NCBI GenBank assembly: GCA_950097015.1
Contig: CATNEN010000025.1
Span: forward strand, 4,526,001 to 4,590,000
Length of the DNA: 64,000 nucleotides
Direction of reading: 5' to 3'
Origin: Macrostomum hystrix
Lineage: Eukaryota; Animalia; Platyhelminthes
Both the position numbers and the translations under genes were made by a program. Below the pieces are notes generated by a model. That model was given only the letters and a program-made list of their open reading frames with translations. It did not search any database and was not told the origin of the DNA. Position 1 is the stretch's first letter. Each line of letters starts with the position of its first letter. Positions 31,709 through 43,790 of this stretch are shown here, in pieces.

Positions 31709-34700
31709 GTCTGACTCTCCAGCTTCACTCCTTATCTGTCTGACTCTCCAGCTTCACTCCTTATCTGTCTGACTCTCCAGCTTCACTCCTTATCTGTCTG
31801 ACTCTCCAGCTTCACTCCTTATCTGTCTGACTCTCCAGCTACAACTCCTTATCTGTCTGACTCTCCAGCTTCACTCCTTATCTGTCTGACTCTCCAGCTT
31901 CACTCCTTATCTGTCTGACTCTCCAGCTTCACTCCTTATCTGTCTGACTCTCCAGCTTCACTCCTTATCTGTCTGACTCTCCAGCTTCACTCCTTATCTG
32001 TCTGACTCTCCAGCTTCACTCCTTATCTGTCTGACTCTCCAGCTTCACTCCTTATCTGTCTGACTCTCCAGCTTCACTCCTTATCTGTCTGACTCTCCAG
32101 CTACAACTCCTTATCTGTCTGACTCTCCAGCTTCACTCCTTATCTGTCTGACTCTCCAGCTTCACTCCTTATCTGTCTGACTCTCCAGCTTCACTCCTTA
32201 TCTGTCTGACTCTCCAGCTTCACTCCTTATCTGTCTGACTCTCCAGCTTCACTCCTTATCTGTCTGACTCTCCAGCTTCACTCCTTATCTGTCTGACTCT
32301 CCAGCTTCACTCCTTATCTGTCTGACTCTCCAGCTTCACTACTTATCTGTCTGACTCTCCAGCTTCACTCCTTATCTGTCTGACTCTCCAGCTTCACTCC
32401 TTATCTGTCTGACTCTCCAGCTTCACTCCTTATCTGTCTGACTCTCCAGCTTCACTCCTTATCTGTCTGACTCTCCAGCTTCACTCCTTATCTGTCTGAC
32501 TCTCCAGCTTCACTCCTTATCTGTCTGACTCTCCAGCTTCTCTCCTTATCTGTCTGACTCTCCAGCTTCACTCCTTATCTGTCTGACTCTCCAGCTTCAC
32601 TCCTTATCTGTCTGACTCTCCAGCTTCACTCCTTATCTGTCTGACTCTCCAGCTTCACTCCTTATCTGTCTGACTCTCCAGCTTCACTCCTTATCTGTCT
32701 GACTCTCCAGCTTCACTCCTTATCTGGCTGACTCTCCAGCTTCACTCCTTATCTGTCTGACTCTCCAGCTTCACTCCTTATCTGTCTGACTCTCCAGCTT
32801 CACTCCTTATCTGTCTGACTCTCCAGCTTCTCTCCTTATCTGTCTGACTCTCCAGCTTCACTCCTTATCTGTCTGACTCTCCAGCTTCACTCCTTATCTG
32901 TCTGACTCTCCAGCTTCACTCCTTATCTGTCTGACTCTCCAGCTTCTCTCCTTATCTGTCTGACTCTCCAGCTTCTCTCCTTATCTGTCTGACTCTCCAG
33001 CTTCACTCCTTATCTGTCTGACTCTCCAGCTTCACTCCTTATCTGTCTGACTCTCCAGCTTCACTCCTTATCTGTCTGACTCTCCAGCTTCACTCCTTAT
33101 CTGTCTGACTCTCCAGCTTCTCTACTTATCTGTCTGACTCTCCAGCTTCACTCCTTATCTGTCTGACTCTCCAGCTTCACTCCTTATCTGTCTGACTCTC
33201 CAGCTTCACTCCTTATCTGTCTGACTCTCCAGCTTCTCTCCTTATCTGTCTGACTCTCCAGCTTCTCTCCTTATCTGTCTGACTCTCCAGCTTCACTCCT
33301 TATCTGTCTGACTCTCCAGCTTCACTCCTTATCTGTCTGACTCTCCAGCTTCACTCCTTATCTGTCTGACTCTCCAGCTTCACTCCTTATCTGTCTGACT
33401 CTCCAGCTTCACTCCTTATCTGTCTGACTCTCCAGCTTCACTCCTTATCTGGCTGACTCTCCAGCTTCACTCCTTATCTGGCTGACTCTCCAGCTTCACT
33501 CCTTATCTGTCTGACTCTCCAGCTTCACTCCTTATCTGTCTGACTCTCCAGCTTCACTCCTTATCTGTCTGACTCTCCAGCTTCTCTACTTATCTGTCTG
33601 ACTCTCCAGCTTCACTCCTTATCTGTCTGACTCTCCAGCTTCACTCCTTATCTGTCTGACTCTCCAGCTTCACTCCTTATCTGTCTGACTCTCCAGCTTC
33701 TCTCCTTATCTGTCTGACTCTCCAGCTTCTCTCCTTATCTGTCTGACTCTCCAGCTTCACTCCTTATCTGTCTGACTCTCCAGCTTCACTCCTTATCTGT
33801 CTGACTCTCCAGCTTCTCTACTTATCTGTCTGACTCTCCAGCTTCACTCCTTATCTGTCTGACTCTCCAGCTTCACTCCTTATCTGTCTGACTCTCCAGC
33901 TTCACTCCTTATCTGTCTGACTCTCCAGCTTCTCTACTTATCTGTCTGACTCTCCAGCTTCACTCCTTATCTGTCTGACTCTCCAGCTTCACTCCTTATC
34001 TGTCTGACTCTCCAGCTTCACTCCTTATCTGTCTGACTCTCCAGCTTCTCTACTTATCTGTCTGACTCTCCAGCTTCACTCCTTATCTGTCTGACTCTCC
34101 AGCTTCACTCCTTATCTGTCTGACTCTCCAGCTTCACTCCTTATCTGTCTGACTCTCCAGCTTCTCTCCTTATCTGTCTGACTCTCCAGCTTCTCTCCTT
34201 ATCTGTCTGACTCTCCAGCTTCACTCCTTATCTGTCTGACTCTCCAGCTTCACTCCTTATCTGTCTGACTCTCCAGCTTCACTCCTTATCTGTCTGACTC
34301 TCCAGCTTCACTCCTTATCTGTCTGACTCTCCAGCTTCACTCCTTATCTGTCTGACTCTCCAGCTTCACTCCTTATCTGGCTGACTCTCCAGCTTCACTC
34401 CTTATCTGGCTGACTCTCCAGCTTCACTCCTTATCTGGCTGACTCTCCAGCTTCACTCCTTATCTGTCTGACTCTCCAGCTTCACTCCTTATCTGTCTGA
34501 CTCTCCAGCTTCACTCCTTATCTGTCTGACTCTCCAGCTTCACTCCTTATCTGGCTGACTCTCCAGCTTCACTCCTTATCTGGCTGACTCTCCAGCTTCA
34601 CTCCTTATCTGGCTGACTCTCCAGCTTCACTCCTTATCTGTCTGACTCTCCAGCTTCACTCCTTATCTGTCTGACTCTCCAGCTTCACTCCTTATCTGTC

Positions 34701-37700
34701 TGACTCTCCAGCTTCACTCCTTATCTGTCTGACTCTCCAGCTTCACTCCTTATCTGTCTGACTCTCCAGCTTCACTCCTTATCTGGCTGACTCTCCAGCT
34801 TCACTCCTTATCTGGCTGACTCTCCAGCTTCACTCCTTATCTGGCTGACTCTCCAGCTTCACTCCTTATCTGGCTGACTCTCCAGCTTCTCTCCTTATCT
34901 GGCTGACTCTCCAGCTTCACTACTTATCTGTCTGACTCTCCAGCTTCACTCCTTATCTGGCTGACTCTCCAGCTTCTCTCCTTATCTGTCTGACTCTCCA
35001 GCTTCACTCCTTATCTGTCTGACTCTCCAGCTTCACTCCTTATCTGGCTGACTCTCCAGCTTCTCTCCTTATCTGGCTGACTCTCCAGCTTCACTCCTTA
35101 TCTGTCTGACTCTCCAGCTTCACTCCTTATCTGTCTGACTCTCCAGCTTCACTACTTATCTGTCTGACTCTCCAGCTTCACTCCTTATCTGGCTGACTCT
35201 CCAGCTTCACTCCTTATCTGGCTGACTCTCCAGCTTCACTCCTTATCTGGCTGACTCTCCAGCTTCACTCCTTATCTGTCTGACTCTCCAGCTTCACTCC
35301 TTATCTGGCTGACTCTCCAGCTTCACTCCTTATCTGTCTGACTCTCCAGCTTCACTCCTTATCTGGCTGACTCTCCAGCTTCACTCCTTATCTGTCTGAC
35401 TCTCCAGCTTCTCTCCTTATCTGTCTGACTCTCCAGCTTCACTCCTTATCTGTCTGACTCTCCAGCTTCACTCCTTATCTGGCTGACTCTCCAGCTTCAC
35501 TCCTTATCTGTCTGACTCTCCAGCTTCACTCCTTATCTGTCTGACTCTCCAGCTTCTCTCCTTATCTGTCTGACTCTCCAGCTTCTCTCCTTATCTGTCT
35601 GACTCTCCAGCTTCACTCCTTATCTGTCTGACTCTCCAGCTTCACTCCTTATCTGTCTGACTCTCCAGCTTCACTCCTTATCTGTCTGACTCTCCAGCTT
35701 CACTCCTTATCTGTCTGACTCTCCAGCTTCACTCCTTATCTGTCTGACTCTCCAGCTTCACTCCTTATCTGGCTGACTCTCCAGCTTCACTCCTTATCTG
35801 GCTGACTCTCCAGCTTCACTCCTTATCTGTCTGACTCTCCAGCTTCACTCCTTATCTGTCTGACTCTCCAGCTTCACTCCTTATCTGTCTGGACTCTCCA
35901 GCTTCACTCCTTATCTGTCTGACTCTCCAGCTTCACTCCTTATCTGTCTGACTCTCCAGCTTCACTCCTTATCTGTCTGACTCTCCAGCTTCACTCCTTA
36001 TCTGTCTGACTCTCCAGCTTCACTCCTTATCTGGCTGACTCTCCAGCTTCACTCCTTATCTGGCTGACTCTCCAGCTTCACTCCTTATCTGTCTGACTCT
36101 CCAGCTTCACTCCTTATCTGTCTGACTCTCCAGCTTCACTCCTTATCTGTCTGACTCTCCAGCTTCACTCCTTATCTGTCTGACTCTCCAGCTTCACTCC
36201 TTATCTGGCTGACTCTCCAGCTTCTCTCCTTATCTGTCTGACTCTCCAGCTTCACTCCTTATCTGTCTGACTCTCCAGCTTCACTCCTTATCTGTCTGAC
36301 TCTCCAGCTTCACTACTTATCTGTCTGACTCTCCAGCTTCACTCCTTATCTGGCTGACTCTCCAGCTTCACTCCTTATCTGTCTGACTCTCCAGCTTCAC
36401 TCCTTATCTGGCTGACTCTCCAGCTTCACTCCTTATCTGTCTGACTCTCCAGCTTCACTCCTTATCTGGCTGACTCTCCAGCTTCACTCCTTATCTGTCT
36501 GACTCTCCAGCTTCACTCCTTATCTGGCTGACTCTCCAGCTTCACTCCTTATCTGTCTGACTCTCCAGCTTCTCTCCTTATCTGTCTGACTCTCCAGCTT
36601 CACTCCTTATCTGTCTGACTCTCCAGCTTCACTCCTTATCTGGCTGACTCTCCAGCTTCACTCCTTATCTGTCTGACTCTCCAGCTTCACTCCTTATCTG
36701 TCTGACTCTCCAGCTTCTCTCCTTATCTGTCTGACTCTCCAGCTTCTCTCCTTATCTGTCTGACTCTCCAGCTTCACTCCTTATCTGTCTGACTCTCCAG
36801 CTTCACTCCTTATCTGTCTGACTCTCCAGCTTCACTCCTTATCTGTCTGACTCTCCAGCTTCACTCCTTATCTGTCTGACTCTCCAGCTTCACTCCTTAT
36901 CTGTCTGACTCTCCAGCTTCACTCCTTATCTGGCTGACTCTCCAGCTTCACTCCTTATCTGGCTGACTCTCCAGCTTCACTCCTTATCTGGCTGACTCTC
37001 CAGCTTCACTCCTTATCTGTCTGACTCTCCAGCTTCACTCCTTATCTGTCTGACTCTCCAGCTTCACTCCTTATCTGTCTGACTCTCCAGCTTCACTCCT
37101 TATCTGTCTGACTCTCCAGCTTCACTCCTTATCTGTCTGACTCTCCAGCTTCACTCCTTATCTGTCTGACTCTCCAGCTTCACTCCTTATCTGGCTGACT
37201 CTCCAGCTTCACTCCTTATCTGGCTGACTCTCCAGCTTCACTCCTTATCTGGCTGACTCTCCAGCTTCTCTCCTTATCTGGCTGACTCTCCAGCTTCACT
37301 ACTTATCTGTCTGACTCTCCAGCTTCACTCCTTATCTGGCTGACTCTCCAGCTTCTCTCCTTATCTGTCTGACTCTCCAGCTTCACTCCTTATCTGTCTG
37401 ACTCTCCAGCTTCACTCCTTATCTGGCTGACTCTCCAGCTTCTCTCCTTATCTGTCTGACTCTCCAGCTTCACTCCTTATCTGTCTGACTCTCCAGCTTC
37501 ACTCCTTATCTGTCTGACTCTCCAGCTTCACTACTTATCTGTCTGACTCTCCAGCTTCACTCCTTATCTGGCTGACTCTCCAGCTTCACTACTTATCTGT
37601 CTGACTCTCCAGCTTCACTCCTTATCTGGCTGACTCTCCAGCTTCACTCCTTATCTGTCTGACTCTCCAGCTTCACTCCTTATCTGGCTGACTCTCCAGC

Positions 37701-39389
37701 TTCACTCCTTATCTGTCTGACTCTCCAGCTTCACTCCTTATCTGGCTGACTCTCCAGCTTCACTCCTTATCTGTCTGACTCTCCAGCTTCTCTCCTTATC
37801 TGTCTGACTCTCCAGCTTCACTCCTTATCTGTCTGACTCTCCAGCTTCACTCCTTATCTGGCTGACTCTCCAGCTTCACTCCTTATCTGTCTGACTCTCC
37901 AGCTTCACTCCTTATCTGGCTGACTCTCCAGCTTCACTCCTTATCTGTCTGACTCTCCAGCTTCACTCCTTATCTGGCTGACTCTCCAGCTTCTCTCCTT
38001 ATCTGGCTGACTCTCCAGCTTCACTACTTATCTGTCTGACTCTCCAGCTTCACTCCTTATCTGGCTGACTCTCCAGCTTCTCTCCTTATCTGTCTGACTC
38101 TCCAGCTTCACTCCTTATCTGTCTGACTCTCCAGCTTCACTCCTTATCTGGCTGACTCTCCAGCTTCTCTCCTTATCTGGCTGACTCTCCAGCTTCACTC
38201 CTTATCTGTCTGACTCTCCAGCTTCACTCCTTATCTGTCTGACTCTCCAGCTTCACTACTTATCTGTCTGACTCTCCAGCTTCACTCCTTATCTGGCTGA
38301 CTCTCCAGCTTCACTCCTTATCTGGCTGACTCTCCAGCTTCACTCCTTATCTGGCTGACTCTCCAGCTTCACTCCTTATCTGTCTGACTCTCCAGCTTCA
38401 CTCCTTATCTGGCTGACTCTCCAGCTTCACTCCTTATCTGTCTGACTCTCCAGCTTCACTCCTTATCTGGCTGACTCTCCAGCTTCACTCCTTATCTGTC
38501 TGACTCTCCAGCTTCACTCCTTATCTGTCTGACTCTCCAGCTTCACTCCTTATCTGTCTGACTCTCCAGCTTCACTCCTTATCTGTCTGACTCTCCAGCT
38601 TCACTCCTTATCTGGCTGACTCTCCAGCTTCACTCCTTATCTGGCTGACTCTCCAGCTTCACTCCTTATCTGGCTGACTCTCCAGCTTCTCTCCTTATCT
38701 GGCTGACTCTCCAGCTTCACTACTTATCTGTCTGACTCTCCAGCTTCACTCCTTATCTGGCTGACTCTCCAGCTTCTCTCCTTATCTGTCTGACTCTCCA
38801 GCTTCACTCCTTATCTGTCTGACTCTCCAGCTTCACTCCTTATCTGGCTGACTCTCCAGCTTCTCTCCTTATCTGTCTGACTCTCCAGCTTCACTCCTTA
38901 TCTGTCTGACTCTCCAGCTTCACTCCTTATCTGTCTGACTCTCCAGCTTCACTACTTATCTGTCTGACTCTCCAGCTTCACTCCTTATCTGGCTGACTCT
39001 CCAGCTTCACTCCTTATCTGGCTGACTCTCCAGCTTCACTCCTTATCTGGCTGACTCTCCAGCTTCACTCCTTATCTGTCTGACTCTCCAGCTTCACTCC
39101 TTATCTGGCTGACTCTCCAGCTTCACTCCTTATCTGGCTGACTCTCCAGCTTCACTCCTTATCTGGCTGACTCTCCAGCTTCTCTCCTTATCTGGCTGAC
39201 TCTCCAGCTTCACTACTTATCTGTCTGACTCTCCAGCTTCACTCCTTATCTGGCTGACTCTCCAGCTTCACTCCTTATCTGTCTGACTCTCCAGCTTCAC
39301 TCCTTATCTGGCTGACTCTCCAGCTTCACTCCTTATCTGTCTGACTCTCCAGCTTCTCTCCTTATCTGGCTGACTCTCCAGCTTCTCTC
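31709..39389. repeat. 29-bp satellite (tctgactctccagcttcactccttatctg), about 265 copies
   Basis: 7.7-kb uninterrupted array with a few variant positions and one 1-bp insertion near 35891. Confidence 0.98.
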
Positions 39390-41238
39390 GCTATAATAAG
39401 TCCTCAGACACCAACCAACAATCAAGCAGACAGAAGAAAAACAAATTTACAGCAGGGTTTCCGTCAAAATAAAAAATAAACACGTAGTAAAGCCTACCTA
39501 TTTCAAGGAGCAAACAGACAGATAAATAAATTTAAATTCGATTCACCTTAACGAGGAAGTGTGCAGAACAAAAGCGCCAACATAAAAATGAGTCAAAATA
39601 TTGTTTTGGGGAAAGGCAAAAATTATAGCATATCTAATTGGAAAGCAGTGTATTTGATTGCACAAAAGTGGCAGTTAGTGGCAGAAAGGTTAGGCTACAA
39701 TACAATAGTAGTTTGATCGATTTTTTACTGCAGATAAAATGATGAGTAGTAACGGATTGCTCATCTCTATTTGGAAAATCTATATAAATATATTAAGATA
39801 ACTACACTTGCTTTTCGATTAAAAAAATCTGAAATGAATGCATTTTTGAATTATAGATGAAGGACAAGACATGAACACGGGTTAAAGACTGGATGCAGTA
39901 TGTATGCTAACACATAAATAAACAAGCATATGTACAAATAAGGCCTGAAGCTTCTGATAAAGTGACAAGACAAATAATAGAGGCAAAGAGCTATTTAAAA
40001 AATCTGGGAAACATTTTCAACTAAATAAGAACCAAAAGAACCGATAGAAGCCAAATAGTTATACTTACATTTTTACAGCTCGCACATAGACAACTATATA
40101 TTGATAGTTCCCTATATATGTGTATAAATGTAGCTACACAATCGCCAATCCCCTTCAAAGACTTCAATTTACGTTATTTGGATTATGACCCATGGACTTA
40201 TGGAAAATATGTGATTTGTTTCAAAATCCGGAAAAATAATCGAAAACCCGGAAAACTTACGTACAACCCGGGAAAAATACGTAAAACCCGGAAAAATACG
40301 TAAAACCCGGAAAAATACGTAAAACCTGGAAAACTTACATACAACCCGGAAAAAATACGTAAAAAACCCGAAAAAATTCGTTAAACCCGGAAAAAATACG
40401 TAAAACCTGGAAAATTCGCGCATAAAATTCAGAAACCTAACGAATTTAAATTAGGACCTAGAGTGAACTAAAACCGAGAACACGATCAAAATTGAAAGAT
40501 GTTACATTACTCTAGCAATTAGATTGAATATCGAACAATTAGATTAGCATTGGTGTTCTCGTGTATATATAAGGCCCAAATTTTTATGTACATATAATTA
40601 CTGTCTATTCTTAACTGAAGATAAATGAGAGAATCATTTAATTGCAACTAGTCAACTGTCAAGCAGATGATAAAAATATATTATAAATGAAATAGTTATT
40701 TTTCGAAACAAACAAATAAGAAATGAATTTCATTAGACGGAATGATGCAGAGACAGATGACACAGATGTTAAGTAACTAAAAAGCATAATTAGATGGCCA
40801 CAACATTTACAAACAGACAACAAAGCGTTGATTTGAAAAGCCAGGAACAATATAGGAAACACAGACACCTTATTGTATGAAAAACAAACGGTGATAAAAA
40901 ACCAGAAGGAAAATCAACATTCTTTCTTCGAACACGACCCATTGGCGATGAATGATGGAGTTTAAAATTGTCACTCTAGCGTAGATCGCCCTCCTCTAAA
41001 AAACCGACAAGTCGAAATTCTTATTCGCTACCTCCACATACTACTTGTCTGGCGATTGCCAAGCTCCAGTAGTTAGATTGGGACATGCGCACGAGAAATA
41101 CAAAATAAGCGGGAAAATATTATTTTAGCTTTAAAAGCACACCGAGGAGATCGACAGATGATCCGAAGCTAGAGAGACAGCGAGGAAAGTAAAAATAGAC
41201 GAGCGATTCACACTCTAACCCAGCTCGTGGTCGTCAGG
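39177..41238. repeat. Tandem segmental duplication, copy 1 (about 2062 bp: last about 7 satellite units + 1.85 kb unique DNA including a 19-bp cccggaaaaatacgtaaaa array at about 40225-40420)
   Basis: Near-identical to 41239-43297 at an offset of 2062 (ORFs 40118/42180, 40659/42721). Confidence 0.95.
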
Positions 41239-43297
41239 AGCTTCACTCCTTATCTGGCTGACTCTCCAGCTTCACTACTTATCTGTCTGACTCTCCAGCT
41301 TCACTCCTTATCTGGCTGACTCTCCAGCTTCACTCCTTATCTGTCTGACTCTCCAGCTTCACTCCTTATCTGGCTGACTCTCCAGCTTCACTCCTTATCT
41401 GTCTGACTCTCCAGCTTCTCTCCTTATCTGGCTGACTCTCCAGCTTCTCTCGCTATAATAAGTCCTCAGACACCAACCAACAATCAAGCAGACAGAAGAA
41501 AAACAAATTTACAGCAGGGTTTCCGTCAAAATAAAAAATAAACACGTAGTAAAGCCTACCTATTTCAAGGAGCAAACAGACAGATAAATAAATTTAAATT
41601 CGATTCACCTTAACGAGGAAGTGTGCAGAACAAAAGCGCCAACATAAAAATGAGTCAAAATATTGTTTTGGGGAAAGGCAAAAATTATAGCATATCTAAT
41701 TGGAAAGCAGTGTATTTGATTGCACAAAAGTGGCAGTTAGTGGCAGAAAGGTTAGGCTACAATACAATAGTAGTTTGATCGATTTTTTACTGCAGATAAA
41801 ATGATGAGTAGTAACGGATTGCTCATCTCTATTTGGAAAATCTATATAAATATATTAAGATAACTACACTTGCTTTTCGATTAAAAAAATCTGAAATGAA
41901 TGCATTTTTGAATTATAGATGAAGGACAAGACATGAACACGGGTTAAAGACTGGATGCAGTATGTATGCTAACACATAAATAAACAAGCATATGTACAAA
42001 TAAGGCCTGAAGCTTCTGATAAAGTGACAAGACAAATAATAGAGGCAAAGAGCTATTTAAAAAATCTGGGAAACATTTTCAACTAAATAAGAACCAAAAG
42101 AACCGATAGAAGCCAAATAGTTATACTTACATTTTTACAGCTCGCACATAGACAACTATATATTGATAGTTCCCTATATATGTGTATAAATGTAGCTACA
42201 CAATCGCCAATCCCCTTCAAAGACTTCAATTTACGTTATTTGGATTATGACCCTTGGACTTATGGAAAATATGTGATTTGTTTCAAAATCCGGAAAAATA
42301 ATCGAAAACCCGGAAAACTTACGTACAACCCGGGAAAAATACGTAAAACCCGGAAAAATACGTAAAACCTGGAAAAATACGTAAAACCTGGAAAACTTAC
42401 ATACAACCCGGAAAAAATACGTAAAAAACCCGAAAAAATTCGTTAAACCCGGAAAAAATACGTAAAACCTGGAAAATTCGCGCATAAAATTCAGAAACCT
42501 AACGAATTTAAATTAGGACCTAGAGTGAACTAAAACCGAGAACACGATCAAAATTGAAAGATGTTACATTACTCTAGCAATTAGATTGAATATCGAACAA
42601 TTAGATTAGCATTGGTGTTCTCGTGTATATATAAGGCCCAAATTTTTATGTACATATAATTACTGTCTATTCTTAACTGAAGATAAATGAGAGAATCATT
42701 TAATTGCAACTAGTCAACTGTCAAGCAGATGATAAAAATATATTATAAATGAAATAGTTATTTTTCGAAACAAACAAATAAGAAATGAATTTCATTAGAC
42801 GGAATGATGCAGAGACAGATGACACAGATGTTAAGTAACTAAAAAGCATAATTAGATGGCCACAACATTTACAAACAGACAACAAAGCGTTGATTTGAAA
42901 AGCCAAGAACAATATAGGAAACACAGACACCTTATTGTATGAAAAACAAACGGTGATAAAAAACCAGAAGGAAAATCAACATTCTTTCTTCGAACACGAC
43001 CCATTGGCGATGAATGATGGAGTTTAAAATTGTCACTCTAGCGTAGATCGCCCCTCCTCTAAAAAACCGACAAGTCGAAATTCTTATTCGCTACCTCCAC
43101 ATACTACTTGTCTGGCGATTGCCAAGCTCCAGTAGTTAGATTGGGACATGCGCACGAGAAATACAAAATAAGCGGGAAAATATTATTTTAGCTTTAAAAG
43201 CACACCGAGGAGATCGACAGATGATCCGAAGCTAGAGAGACAGCGAGGAAAGTAAAAATAGACGAGCGATTCACACTCTAACCCAGCTCGTGGTCGT
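41239..43297. repeat. Tandem segmental duplication, copy 2
   Basis: About 5 differences seen by eye (ccatgg/ccttgg, cccgg/cctgg, ccagg/ccaag, +1 C near 43051, one satellite variant). Confidence 0.95.
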
Positions 43298-43790
43298 TAG
43301 AAACAGCGGCAGCGGTGCCGATGGCGGCGTCGGCAGATTCAACAATGGGCAGAACGGTAAAACGTCCGACGTGAGTTGCGCAACCGGAACTGCGCCGGTC
43401 AGCTGCGGAGATGCGAGGTTTTTGAAATGATGAAGAGGGACATTTTCTTATGATGTTACTTGCAGTAGGACTAACTAAAAAAATTGTTCAGAATTAAAAA
43501 AAGGAGAAAAGTTAAGGAGAAATCAATGCATAGAAATTAAACAACCAACCAAATTTGTGAGAACTTGCTTTTTTGAAACTACACCTGCGTGTACTATTGA
43601 TATGTAAGCAGAGATTGTGTTTAGTTCTTAAATGGCAATGTAAAAAGCTAAGAGAAAAACAACCAAGCCCAGAAGATGTGAAAGTAGCAACTACCGGTAC
43701 CAAAACGCGTATCTCATATTCAAATGGAGGAACAAAAAATACAGGGTTGAAATCCCAAAGCTGGACTAACTCGAGATAACCCAGTCTCAA

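Noticed and set aside
31709-39389. 29-bp array as a CRISPR array
   Set aside because: Units are head-to-tail with no unique spacers, no cas genes are present and the context is eukaryotic. The same holds for every other array in the window.
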